Counted from the stretch's first letter, positions 9,404-17,769 are shown. The stretch is 64,000 nucleotides of DNA from an uncultured Granulosicoccaceae bacterium (GCA_937930305.1 CALGLE010000004.1:156920-220919), one strand, 5' to 3'. Numbers and translations: made by a program. Notes: a model not told the origin generated them from the sequence alone.

Positions 9404-9484
9404 TTAAACCCGCACACGCAAAAGCGCATCTCCCATCTCTGGGAGGCAGCGATTGCCGTGTAAATTGTTGAGTATCGTATTCAT
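9404..9484 (-). CDS. Putative 26-aa leader peptide MNTILNNLHGNRCLPEMGDALLRVRV
   Basis: ATG 9484 to TAA 9404; the last codons (GCGGGTTT, 9406-9413) are complementary to the terminator 5' arm; internal hairpin CTCCCA-GAGA-TGGGAG at 9430-9445; no clear Shine-Dalgarno. Confidence 0.55.
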   Translation of the reverse strand: MNTILNNLHGNRCLPEMGDALLRVRV

Positions 9485-9568
9485 GCGCGAGATGTTAACA
9501 GATTGTCCAAACTATGGCTAATTTCTCAATCTCTCCTGTCAGCCGAAGGCCTGTAACCCGGTGATACT

Positions 9569-9679
9569 ATGTCCAAAAACCGCCACCGGAAAAATTCAGC
9601 GTTTTATGTTGAAAAAATCACCTTAAACCCCGAAGAGGGCATCAAACGAACGCTGACACTCAATTTCAAAGCGTTCTAA
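9569..9679 (+). pseudogene. 36-aa small ORF resembling the C-terminal half of the Lrp/AsnC-domain protein at 15025-15261
   Basis: 'YVEKITLNPEEGIKRTLT-LNFKAF*' aligns by eye to 'YINEHLLNI-EGIDRSLTTLTFSAF*', including the stop position. Confidence 0.4.
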
Positions 9680-9707
9680 ACTACCAACAGAGGATTACAC
9701 AGAAACT

Positions 9708-10838
9708 ATGAAAAAATTACTATTAGCGACAGCGGCCACGTTGTTATACGCAACCGCCGCTATCGCAGAAGTCAAGGTCGGAATGATCACAACATTGTCG
9801 GGTGGAGGCGCGGGTTTGGGCATCGACGTACGCGATGGTTTCATGTTGGCGATTAAGCAATCCGGTCGCGATGACATTAACGTGGTGATTGAAGATGATC
9901 AGCGCAAACCTGAAATCGCAGTGCAGCTTTCAGACAAAATGATTCAGTCTGAACGAGTGGATATAATGACTGGGATAATTTGGTCGAATCTGGCCATGGC
10001 CGTTGTGCCTTCCGCAGTTAACCAAGATGTTTTTTACCTCTCTCCCAATGCGGGGCCGTCGCCTTTAGCCGGGCCGGGCTGTCACAAAAATTACTTCAAT
10101 GTAGCGTGGCAAAATGACAATCTTCATGAAGCGGCCGGTGCCTATGCGAATGGAGTTAACTACAAAAACAGCTTCATCATGGCACCCAATTATCCTGCGG
10201 GTCAGGACGCGTTGACAGGCTATAAACGTTTTTATGAAGGCAAGTTATCTGGCGAGATTTTCACCCAGCTTGGACAGACCGACTACGCTGCAGAAATTGC
10301 TCAGATCCGCGCCAGTGGAGCGGATAGCGTGTACTTCTTTTTACCCGGTGGTATGGGTATCTCGTTCCTTAAACAATACGCGGACAGCGGTGTGGATACA
10401 CCCGTCATCGGACCTGCGTTCAGTTTCGATCAAGGCATTTTACAGGCGGTAGGTGAAGCGGCCTTAGGTGTTGTAAATACCTCGCAATGGAATAAAGACA
10501 TTGATAATCCGACCAATTCGGGCTTTGTCGATACATTTCAAGCTGAGTATGGCCGACTACCTTCGCTCTACGCCAGTCAGGGTTTCGATACCGCGAATCT
10601 GCTATTGTCCGCGCTAAACGTAGCAGAACCTTCGGATGCTGACGCATTCCGCGACGCGCTACGTGCCGCAAATTTTGATAGTACCCGAGGTGATTTTTCC
10701 TTTGGTCCTAACCACCATCCTGTGCAGACGATTTATGCGCGTGAAGTGATCAAAGAAGGTGATGTATTCACCAACAAGATCATTGGTACCGCGTTAGAAA
10801 ACCACTCTGACGCATACGCTGCTGATTGCAAAATGTAA
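9708..10838 (+). CDS. ABC transporter substrate-binding protein, branched-chain amino acid (LivK-like) family; aromatic-acid-type subgroup is inference
   Basis: Signal peptide, 'VKVGMITTLSG', 'EDDQRKPE', 'NAGPS', 'APNYPAG', 'YASQGFD'; RBS AGAGG upstream. Confidence 0.92.
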   Translation: MKKLLLATAATLLYATAAIAEVKVGMITTLSGGGAGLGIDVRDGFMLAIKQSGRDDINVVIEDDQRKPEIAVQLSDKMIQSERVDIMTGIIWSNLAMAVVPSAVNQDVFYLSPNAGPSPLAGPGCHKNYFNVAWQNDNLHEAAGAYANGVNYKNSFIMAPNYPAGQDALTGYKRFYEGKLSGEIFTQLGQTDYAAEIAQIRASGADSVYFFLPGGMGISFLKQYADSGVDTPVIGPAFSFDQGILQAVGEAALGVVNTSQWNKDIDNPTNSGFVDTFQAEYGRLPSLYASQGFDTANLLLSALNVAEPSDADAFRDALRAANFDSTRGDFSFGPNHHPVQTIYAREVIKEGDVFTNKIIGTALENHSDAYAADCKM

Positions 10839-10858
10839 ATGATCGCCTGTACTGCACT

Positions 10859-10884
10859 TGCATGCCCCAGTGTTGGGGCATGCA
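10859..10884 (+). repeat. Perfect 11-bp stem-loop after the binding-protein gene (likely mRNA stabiliser/attenuator)
   Basis: TGCATGCCCCA-GTGT-TGGGGCATGCA, no U-tract. Confidence 0.7.
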
Positions 10885-10900
10885 GATCTTCGGAGTTTTC

Positions 10901-11821
10901 ATGTCCACAATACTCATTATCGAGCAAATCCTAAATGGATTGCAGTTTGGCGTCATGCTCTTTTTAATGGCAGCTGGACTCACCTTGATCTTTGGCGTAA
11001 TGGGGCTTATCAACCTGGCACATGGTTCGCTATACATGGTGGGTGCTTTTGCAGCTGCGGCCGTAGCGGGTGCTACAGGATCTTTCTTGTTGGGTCTAAT
11101 CGCTGCATTTGTAGCCGCAGCACTTGCCGGTGCCATTGTTGAAATGGTGATAATCCGACGTTTGTACAAAGCGGCGCATTTGGATCAAGTGTTGGCCACC
11201 TTTGCCTTGATCCTAATATTCTCAGAAGGCACCCGCTGGTTGTTTGGTTCATTTCCACTTTTTTTAAATATTCCATCGGCGTTATCAGGGCCGGTTACGC
11301 TTCCGGGAGGCATACAGTACTCACTGTATCGGCTGACATTAATCGCCATCGGGTTGGCGGTCGGTCTTGGACTGTGGGTATTGATCGAGCGCACTCGAAT
11401 CGGCGTGCAAATACGCGCCGGTAAAAATGATCGCGAAATGATCAGCGCCTTAGGCGTTGACATTGGCAAGCTCTATACCCTGATTTTTGCATTAGGCGCC
11501 GCCCTGGCTGGACTTGCGGGTGCGCTTGTCGGTGCCATACAGTCCGTGCAGGTGGGTATGGGTGAACCTGTTTTAATTCTCGCCTTCGTTGTCATCGTAA
11601 TCGGCGGCATAGGCTCCATTCGAGGCGCTTTTGTCGGTGCGCTTTTGGTAGGTTTGACTGACACTCTCGGTGGCGTGTTTCTGCCGGAATTGTTCAAACT
11701 GTTTATGGACAACGGTGCTGCGCAGAAAAGTGGTTCAGCGCTAGCGTCTATGGGAATCTATGTCCTAATGGGGGTGGTTTTAATATGGCGACCCACTGGG
11801 TTATTTGGAGCCCGTGCGTGA
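10901..11821 (+). CDS. Branched-chain amino acid ABC transporter permease (LivH-like)
   Basis: 'GLTLIFGVMGLINLAHG', 'RTRIGVQIRAG', 'VIVIGGIGS'; ATG at 10901 preferred over the ORF-track start 10826. Confidence 0.92.
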   Translation: MSTILIIEQILNGLQFGVMLFLMAAGLTLIFGVMGLINLAHGSLYMVGAFAAAAVAGATGSFLLGLIAAFVAAALAGAIVEMVIIRRLYKAAHLDQVLATFALILIFSEGTRWLFGSFPLFLNIPSALSGPVTLPGGIQYSLYRLTLIAIGLAVGLGLWVLIERTRIGVQIRAGKNDREMISALGVDIGKLYTLIFALGAALAGLAGALVGAIQSVQVGMGEPVLILAFVVIVIGGIGSIRGAFVGALLVGLTDTLGGVFLPELFKLFMDNGAAQKSGSALASMGIYVLMGVVLIWRPTGLFGARA

Positions 11822-12804
11822 GAGTTCAAGAGAAAACCATCAATGCCCTTGTGGTTGTTGGGCTTATGGCGTTGCCGTTGATTGCCTTTGTAAACGATGA
11901 ACCCTTCACGATCACACTGGCAACCCGCGCTGTTATCTTGGCCATAGCGGCAGTAGGACTTAACGTCATATTGGGGATAGGTGGGCTGGTTAGTTTTGGT
12001 CACGCGCTATTTTTTGGGATAGGTGGATACTCGATGGGTATTCTCGCTCATCACGCGCAAACCTATACCGCACTGGATCTTGGGTTTCTTACGACAGACG
12101 GCACTAAACTCATGCCAGTTATATGGCTTGTGGCTATGGCGGTTTCAGCCATCGTCGCCTACGTTATAGGCCTGCTGATACTGAGAACATCTGGCGTGTA
12201 CTTCATTATGATCACACTCGCCTTTGCGCAGATGTTTTATTACTTTTCAATTTCTTGGGCGAAGTATGGCGGCGAGGATGGGCTATCGATTTATGTGCGT
12301 AATGATTTCCCAGGATTAAACACACTCATCCCCATTCAGTTCTATGCCATTTGCTTCATCATTCTTTGCATAGTTTTGTTCCTTTATGCACGACTGCAAG
12401 CCTCGCCCTATGGCTTAGCGTTGAACGCAAACCGCCAAACGGAAACGCGCGTGGAAACGGTGGGATTGAATTCCATGAAATTGAAGCTCGTGGCGTTTGT
12501 TATCTCCGGTGCAATCACTGGGCTGGCAGGTGCACTTTTTGCCGACCTTAATCGTTTTGTATCGCCCACTATGTTCAGTTGGCAACTCTCTGGCGAATTG
12601 ATCGTGCTTATCATTATTGGTGGTGTGGGGCGCTTGATGGGGCCGGTGATAGGCGCTTGCGTTTTCATAACACTTGAGCATTTCTTGGGCGGCTTAACTG
12701 ACTTTTGGCATATCTTTCTTGGGTTAATTTTGCTTTGCATTGTTTTGTTCGCTCGTGGTGGTGTCGTTGGTGTGTTGACTGGAAAGGAAGGTGCTCATGT
12801 CTGA
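11818..12804 (+). CDS. Branched-chain amino acid ABC transporter permease (LivM-like)
   Basis: 'GGLVSFGHALFFG', 'GVYFIMITLAF', 'GGEDG', 'IIGGVG'; GTG at 11818 overlaps the upstream TGA. Confidence 0.92.
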   Translation: MRVQEKTINALVVVGLMALPLIAFVNDEPFTITLATRAVILAIAAVGLNVILGIGGLVSFGHALFFGIGGYSMGILAHHAQTYTALDLGFLTTDGTKLMPVIWLVAMAVSAIVAYVIGLLILRTSGVYFIMITLAFAQMFYYFSISWAKYGGEDGLSIYVRNDFPGLNTLIPIQFYAICFIILCIVLFLYARLQASPYGLALNANRQTETRVETVGLNSMKLKLVAFVISGAITGLAGALFADLNRFVSPTMFSWQLSGELIVLIIIGGVGRLMGPVIGACVFITLEHFLGGLTDFWHIFLGLILLCIVLFARGGVVGVLTGKEGAHV

Positions 12805-13546
12805 ATCCATTCTTGCCACGCATAACCTAATGAAAAAGTTCGGTGCTGTGACCGCCACTGATGATGTTTCAATCGACGTGAGATCTGGTGAAATTCATGC
12901 CGTGATCGGCCCAAACGGAGCTGGAAAATCGACCCTGATCAAACAGATTTGCGGTGCACTTCGCCCGGACGCAGGCCATGTTGAGTTGATGGGTCGTAAC
13001 TTGTCCGATCACAGCACTGCAGCGCGAGCTCAGGCAGGTTTAGGTCGCACTTTCCAAATTTCTGAATTAGCCATGGAAGACAGCGTTTTGGAAAATGCGG
13101 TGCTTGGTGCCATTGGTGCGGTATCCGGGCCTTGGAAGTTTTGGAAAAGTGCATTAAAAACGAAAGAGCTAACTGATCGGGCCGATCAGGCGTTGGCCCG
13201 TGTTGGTTTATTGCAGGAACGCGATTCGCGAGTTGCCAACCTCAGTCATGGACAACGCCGACAATTGGAAGTGGCTGTGTCACTCACGCTGTCACCCAAA
13301 GTTTTTCTCATGGATGAACCTATGGCGGGCCTAGGGGTTGAAGGTTCAAAAATTATGACCGGTTTTCTCGATGGTTTAAGGGACGAAGCACCGATACTGT
13401 TGGTTGAGCACGACATGGACGCGGTGTTCGCTCTAGCAGACAGAATTAGCGTATTGGTTTACGGAAAAATCATCGCCAGTGGTAACGCCGATGACATTCG
13501 GTCGAGCAAAGCGGTACGCGAAGCCTATTTAGGAGACGCAAAGTGA
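12797..13546 (+). CDS. ABC transporter ATP-binding protein (LivG-like)
   Basis: Walker A 'GPNGAGKS', 'LSHGQRR', 'LMDEPMAG', 'VEHDM'. Confidence 0.93.
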   Translation: MSESILATHNLMKKFGAVTATDDVSIDVRSGEIHAVIGPNGAGKSTLIKQICGALRPDAGHVELMGRNLSDHSTAARAQAGLGRTFQISELAMEDSVLENAVLGAIGAVSGPWKFWKSALKTKELTDRADQALARVGLLQERDSRVANLSHGQRRQLEVAVSLTLSPKVFLMDEPMAGLGVEGSKIMTGFLDGLRDEAPILLVEHDMDAVFALADRISVLVYGKIIASGNADDIRSSKAVREAYLGDAK

Positions 13547-14229
13547 GCTTGCTGTCTGTTGAAAACTTAACGGCCAGCTACGGCAGCAGCCAAGCGTTGT
13601 TCGGAGTAGACCTATCGATGGCTGAAGGTGAGGTCACCGCGCTGATGGGGCGCAATGGTATGGGTAAATCGACAACCGTTAAAGCCATATGCAGGCTTAT
13701 TCGTTCAAGTGGTCGGTTGAACTTAGATGGAAAAGATCTACATAAATTACCCAGCTATAAAGTCGCGCGGTTAGGGGTGGGTCTTGTCCCAGAAGGGCGG
13801 CGATGTTTTGCAGATTTGACCGTACGCGAAAATCTCATTGCCGCCGCGAGATCAGGGGAATGGACTTTGGACACTGTTTCCACACTGTTCCCGCGACTTG
13901 AGGAACGTAATCGTCAGCGAGCCACATCCCTGTCGGGTGGAGAGCAACAGATGCTGGCGATCGGGCGTGCGCTTATGACGAACCCACGTTTGTTGATTCT
14001 TGATGAGGCAACAGAAGGGCTTGCGCCTATTATTCGCCAAGAAATCTGGTCGGCGATTCAGCGCTTGAAAAAAGAAACGGGCATGACGATCTTACTCATC
14101 GATAAGTCGCTCAGTGAGTTGTCGGCCGTATCCGACAAAGCCGTGATTTTGGAACGTGGCGCGACAGTTTGGTCGGGTGCGATGCCGGCGTTAACGCCAG
14201 AAATTTCCGAAAAATATCTTGGTGTGTGA
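13543..14229 (+). CDS. ABC transporter ATP-binding protein (LivF-like)
   Basis: Walker A 'GRNGMGKS', 'LSGGEQQMLAIGRALM', 'LDEATEGLAP'. Confidence 0.93.
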   Translation: MSLLSVENLTASYGSSQALFGVDLSMAEGEVTALMGRNGMGKSTTVKAICRLIRSSGRLNLDGKDLHKLPSYKVARLGVGLVPEGRRCFADLTVRENLIAAARSGEWTLDTVSTLFPRLEERNRQRATSLSGGEQQMLAIGRALMTNPRLLILDEATEGLAPIIRQEIWSAIQRLKKETGMTILLIDKSLSELSAVSDKAVILERGATVWSGAMPALTPEISEKYLGV

Positions 14230-14636
14230 TGACTTACGAATTTAAACAAAAAGTGTTGTTTAAACACTGCGATCCAGCGGGAATCGTTTTTTATCCGCGG
14301 TATTTTGAAATGATCAACGATTGCATAGAATCGTTTTTTGATGTGGTGCTAGCCAATCCTTTCGAACAGTTACACAAATTCGGCGGCGTTCCAACCGCGC
14401 AAATTCAAACTCGTTTCCTGTCGCCATCTCGCCACGGCGATCAACTCCTATTTAAACTTCAAGTGCCGAACGTTGGTAATAGTTCTGCCGAATACCGCTT
14501 GAGCGCCTCTTGTGATGAAGATCCACGCTTCGAAACCATTGCCACACTCGTCAATGTGAACACCAACGGCCGGCCAACACCTTGGCCAGACAATGTTCGA
14601 GCAAAACTTTCAGAATTTAAAGGTGGCACCCCATGA
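14229..14636 (+). CDS. Acyl-CoA thioesterase (4HBT/hotdog fold)
   Basis: 'FKHCDPAGIVFYPRYF' motif; ATG at 14229 overlaps the upstream TGA. Confidence 0.88.
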   Translation: MTYEFKQKVLFKHCDPAGIVFYPRYFEMINDCIESFFDVVLANPFEQLHKFGGVPTAQIQTRFLSPSRHGDQLLFKLQVPNVGNSSAEYRLSASCDEDPRFETIATLVNVNTNGRPTPWPDNVRAKLSEFKGGTP

Positions 14637-15028
14637 CACATCAAACCATTCATCCAAGCGGTTGGTTACCTGCAAAAGGGTACGCGAATGGGATCTTGAC
14701 AAAAAACGGCACCTTGCACATTGGTGGTCAGATCGGTTGGGATGGCAACAAGAAATTTGTTGCTGGGGGCTTCATTGAGCAGATGAAACAGGCGCTTCGC
14801 AATATTGCTGCAATCGTCGAGGAAGCGGGTGGGAAAACCAGCGATGTAACGCGCTTAACGTGGTTCGTTACTGATAAGTCTGAATACTTAACCCATCAGG
14901 CTGAGGTTGGAGTGGCCTATCGAGAAGTGTTTGGAAAACACTTTCCAGCCATGTCGTTGATCATTGTTGCCGGTTTAGTGGAAGACGATGCGATGATAGA
15001 AATTGAAGCAACCGCCCATATTGATTAA
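14633..15028 (+). CDS. RidA/Rid family protein
   Basis: 'GYANG', 'GGQIGW', 'FPAMSLIIVAGL...IEIEA'. Confidence 0.9.
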   Translation: MTHQTIHPSGWLPAKGYANGILTKNGTLHIGGQIGWDGNKKFVAGGFIEQMKQALRNIAAIVEEAGGKTSDVTRLTWFVTDKSEYLTHQAEVGVAYREVFGKHFPAMSLIIVAGLVEDDAMIEIEATAHID

Positions 15029-15261
15029 AACGCGCTAAACGTCAAAGTCGTCAAGCTTCGATCAATGCCTTCAATATTCAACAAATGCTCATTGATGTAT
15101 CGCCCAATGTCTTCCTTCTCATCGATGTACATCTTCATCAACAAATCATAATCACCACTGGTGGAATACAGTTCAGAGTGAATCTCAAGCTTCGCGATTT
15201 CATCGGCAGCCGAGTAGGTTGTGCCAGGTTTGCAGCGGATTTGTACGAAAACGCAGTGCAT
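15025..15261 (-). CDS. Stand-alone Lrp/AsnC ligand-binding-domain protein
   Basis: 78 aa, 'ELYSTSGDYDLLMK' AsnC ligand-binding signature, no HTH. Confidence 0.85.
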   Translation of the reverse strand: MHCVFVQIRCKPGTTYSAADEIAKLEIHSELYSTSGDYDLLMKMYIDEKEDIGRYINEHLLNIEGIDRSLTTLTFSAF

Positions 15262-15387
15262 TGAAGTCTCGATAGGGTTTGTGATGGTGAAGTTGTATTA
15301 TCCACGATAGCCAACTATTGACAAGTGCCGATATCCATGTCCGATTTCGGCGAGATCGAAAAGAACACTGCCAGATAAAATGTTCCC

Positions 15388-15855
15388 ATGAACTATAAAT
15401 GCACCGCTTTACCCATAGAACAATTCGATCACGCACTGAACGCCTCAGACGCCGAGTTAAAAGAAATAGGCGCATGCTGGTTAGTTGCCGATGAATCCCC
15501 GGGCTTCCCGTGCCGAGTGTCGTTAGAGGATGCTCGTGTCGATGAACGCGTACTGGCCATCAACTTTGAACATCACAATGCAAAATCACCTTATAGAGGT
15601 TCAGGCCCCGTTTTTATACGTGAACTAGCAGAGCCAGCGATAATAGAAAAAAACACAATTCCCACCTTATTTTTGCACCGCCAAATCGCGTTACGCGGTT
15701 ACGATGTAGACGGCATGATGATTCACGCTTTAATAACACCCGGTATAAAACTACACGATCACATCCTTACAGCGTTTGAAAACCAGTCCGTTTCGATCAT
15801 CCACTTACATTACGCAATTCCTGGTTGTTACGCCTGTGCAGTGCATCGATGTTGA
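15388..15855 (+). CDS. DUF1203 family protein
   Basis: 'PGFPCRVSL', 'SPYRGSGPVFI', 'LRGYD..GMM', 'HLHYAIPGCYAC'. Confidence 0.85.
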   Translation: MNYKCTALPIEQFDHALNASDAELKEIGACWLVADESPGFPCRVSLEDARVDERVLAINFEHHNAKSPYRGSGPVFIRELAEPAIIEKNTIPTLFLHRQIALRGYDVDGMMIHALITPGIKLHDHILTAFENQSVSIIHLHYAIPGCYACAVHRC

Positions 15856-15900
15856 TAACATACCTTGCAACAGATGCAAAAAATTTAAAGGACCAAACCT

Positions 15901-16314
15901 ATGAAACACACCGGTGGATGTCAATGTGGCGCAGTCAGGTATGTGGCAACCGGTGAGCCCGTTCGGGCCATGGCCTGTCACTGCACCACTTGTAAGTTAA
16001 GAACCGGCGCGCCCTATGGAATTGGTGTGTACTACAACGATGCGGCGGTAGAATTTCTGTCTGGTGAGCTAGGCGTATATGAATATAAGTCCGATGAAAG
16101 CGGCCGTTGGATACGCAACGAATTCTGCGTTGCGTGCGGCTCAGCCGTCACGTGGACACTAGAGATGCGCCCCGGTTTACGCGCGATAGCCGGCGGCTCC
16201 TTCGACGACCCAGACTGGTACAAACTGGAAGCGCACATCTGGGCCCGATCCGCCCGATCCGACATGTGTTATCCGGAAGGGATGAGGGTGTGTGAGGAAG
16301 TGTTGGTTACGTGA
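15901..16314 (+). CDS. GFA (CENP-V/glutathione-dependent formaldehyde-activating) family protein
   Basis: 'GGCQCGAVRY', 'CHCTTC', 'FCVACGS'. Confidence 0.9.
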   Translation: MKHTGGCQCGAVRYVATGEPVRAMACHCTTCKLRTGAPYGIGVYYNDAAVEFLSGELGVYEYKSDESGRWIRNEFCVACGSAVTWTLEMRPGLRAIAGGSFDDPDWYKLEAHIWARSARSDMCYPEGMRVCEEVLVT

Positions 16315-16328
16315 CGAGATGTTAAAAA

Positions 16329-16350
16329 AAACACCCCCGCGGGGGTGTTT
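16329..16350. repeat. Perfect 22-bp palindrome AAACACCCCCGCGGGGGTGTTT upstream of DUF222-HNH
   Basis: Read directly; 21 nt (16328-16348) recur identically at 17040-17060 inside the DUF222 ORF. Confidence 0.9.
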
Positions 16351-16366
16351 ATTAGGCGACATTTTA

Positions 16367-16395
16367 TTGACTTTCAAAGCGGGAAAAGTTAACAT
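16367..16395 (+). promoter_or_regulatory. Candidate sigma70 promoter for DUF222-HNH
   Basis: TTGACT (16367-16372)-17 nt-TAACAT (16390-16395); AAGGA RBS before the ATG at 16424. Confidence 0.6.
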
Positions 16396-16423
16396 AAACC
16401 ACTGAAATCAATAAGGAAACCGC

Positions 16424-17755
16424 ATGGACGCCACCCCTGATTTTGATACCATCTCCAACGATGAACTCGTTGACTCACTCACCAGCCTAAGCGCCAGAAT
16501 CAACGCCGCCACCTTCGAGCAATTAATGCTCATTGCTGAATTTGATAAGCGCCGGGTGTGGGGCATCGAAGGCAGTCGCAGTTGCGCCCATTGGTTGAAT
16601 TGGCGTTGCGGTTTGTCGTTAAATGCCGCCCGTGAAAAACTGCGAGTGGCTCACGCGCTGCAAGAACTGCCCAAAACACGAAAGGCTTTTGCAACCGGTC
16701 AACTCAGCTATTCAAAAGCTCGCGCCATTACCCGTGTTGCCAACACCGACAATGAATCCTGCCTTTTATCTTATGCTCGCTACGGCAGCGCCCAACATTT
16801 AGATCGAACCGTACGGCTGTATCGCCGGCAATTTGTAAACCCCGATCCGATTTACTCCCCAGATCCGATAGACCCCAATACACCCGCTGTTCAGCACCAT
16901 CTAGACAGTCGCGAACTCAGTACTTATTGGGACGAACAAGGCTGCTTGGTTATCCGAGCTCGGTTACCGGCAGAGCAAGGAGCAGTGGTATTAAAAGCAT
17001 TAGAGTGCGCTGTCGACGACATGCGCGGCGAAGAAACTGAAAACACCCCCGCGGGGGTGTCAGCAACCCATCGTCGCGCCGATGCATTGGAACGTATCGC
17101 GGAAAGTTCACTGCAAAACAGTAAAACTTCAGCGAATACGGGCGATCGTTATCAAGTGGTGGTTCATGTTGACCATGATGTTTTGGCTGAAACCTCTCCA
17201 TCCCAACCCACAGGAAAACCCGATTGTTATATTGAAAATCAAGTGGGTTTACCGGTTGAAACAGCGCGACGAATCAGTTGTTGCAGCAAACTCGTCACGG
17301 CTGTCACCAAAGGCTCAGAACCGTTGAGTATTAGTCGCAGCTCTCGCGCGATTCCCACTGCTATTCAACGTGCATTGGCCATACGAGATGGGCATTGCCA
17401 ATTCCCAGGCTGTGGTTGCGATAAGCATTTGGATGCGCATCACATTGTTCATTGGTCAAACGGTGGTGATACGGCGCTAGATAACTTGGTGCTGCTATGT
17501 CATCACCATCACACCTGCTTACATGAAGGGGGTTATCGAATGGAACGTCACGCCGAAACGGGTCAGTTATCGTTTTATCAAACGGATGGATCTTGGATTG
17601 ATCCTAATACGGACTGGCGTGAGTCGGACGGTGCGTTGCCACAAAGTGTGGGAATGGGCTGGCAGTGGAATGGGGATGTTATGGATTATGGGATTGCGGT
17701 GGATGCGATTCATTATCGGACTCAGAAAAAAAGCCCGCCAATCTTTAACGATTAG
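16424..17755 (+). CDS. DUF222 + C-terminal HNH endonuclease (13E12-repeat-like family)
   Basis: 'SCAHWLNWRCG', 'LSYSKARAITRVA', 'RRADAL', intact HNH 'RDGHCQFPGC...DAHHIVHWSNGG.T.LDNLVLLCHHHH..LH', C-terminal 'W.G..MDY..AV'. Confidence 0.9.
   Translation: MDATPDFDTISNDELVDSLTSLSARINAATFEQLMLIAEFDKRRVWGIEGSRSCAHWLNWRCGLSLNAAREKLRVAHALQELPKTRKAFATGQLSYSKARAITRVANTDNESCLLSYARYGSAQHLDRTVRLYRRQFVNPDPIYSPDPIDPNTPAVQHHLDSRELSTYWDEQGCLVIRARLPAEQGAVVLKALECAVDDMRGEETENTPAGVSATHRRADALERIAESSLQNSKTSANTGDRYQVVVHVDHDVLAETSPSQPTGKPDCYIENQVGLPVETARRISCCSKLVTAVTKGSEPLSISRSSRAIPTAIQRALAIRDGHCQFPGCGCDKHLDAHHIVHWSNGGDTALDNLVLLCHHHHTCLHEGGYRMERHAETGQLSFYQTDGSWIDPNTDWRESDGALPQSVGMGWQWNGDVMDYGIAVDAIHYRTQKKSPPIFND
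17040..17060. repeat. Intragenic copy of the 16328-16348 palindrome-containing sequence (encodes ENTPAGV)
   Basis: AAAACACCCCCGCGGGGGTGT identical to the upstream copy. Confidence 0.9.
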
Positions 17756-17764
17756 CGGGCTTTT
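17725..17764 (-). terminator. Intrinsic terminator downstream of tmRNA, overlapping the DUF222 stop codon
   Basis: Plus strand AAAAAAAGCCCGCCAATC-TTTAAC-GATTAGCGGGCTTTT; U7 tail on the minus strand. Confidence 0.75.
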
Positions 17765-17769
17765 GCTTT

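Noticed and set aside
9488-9498. 11-mer CGAGATGTTAA shared with 16315-16325
   Set aside because: Distant 11-nt matches are expected many times by chance in 64 kb.
9521-9625. Extension of the Lrp-like remnant upstream in another frame (FLNLSCQP...TATG)
   Set aside because: Spacing does not match the intact protein; only the C-terminal ~25 residues align convincingly.
15262-16423. Possible attL copy of the ssrA 3' end marking an island boundary
   Set aside because: No match to TGGTGGAGCAGGGGGG was found here or elsewhere to the left by eye; the island boundary is unsupported.
16841-16875. Short PDPIYS-PDPID tandem in DUF222, and the ARS-ARS 9-mer tandem in the GFA gene (about 16243-16261)
   Set aside because: Two-unit micro-duplications in linkers, common and uninformative.
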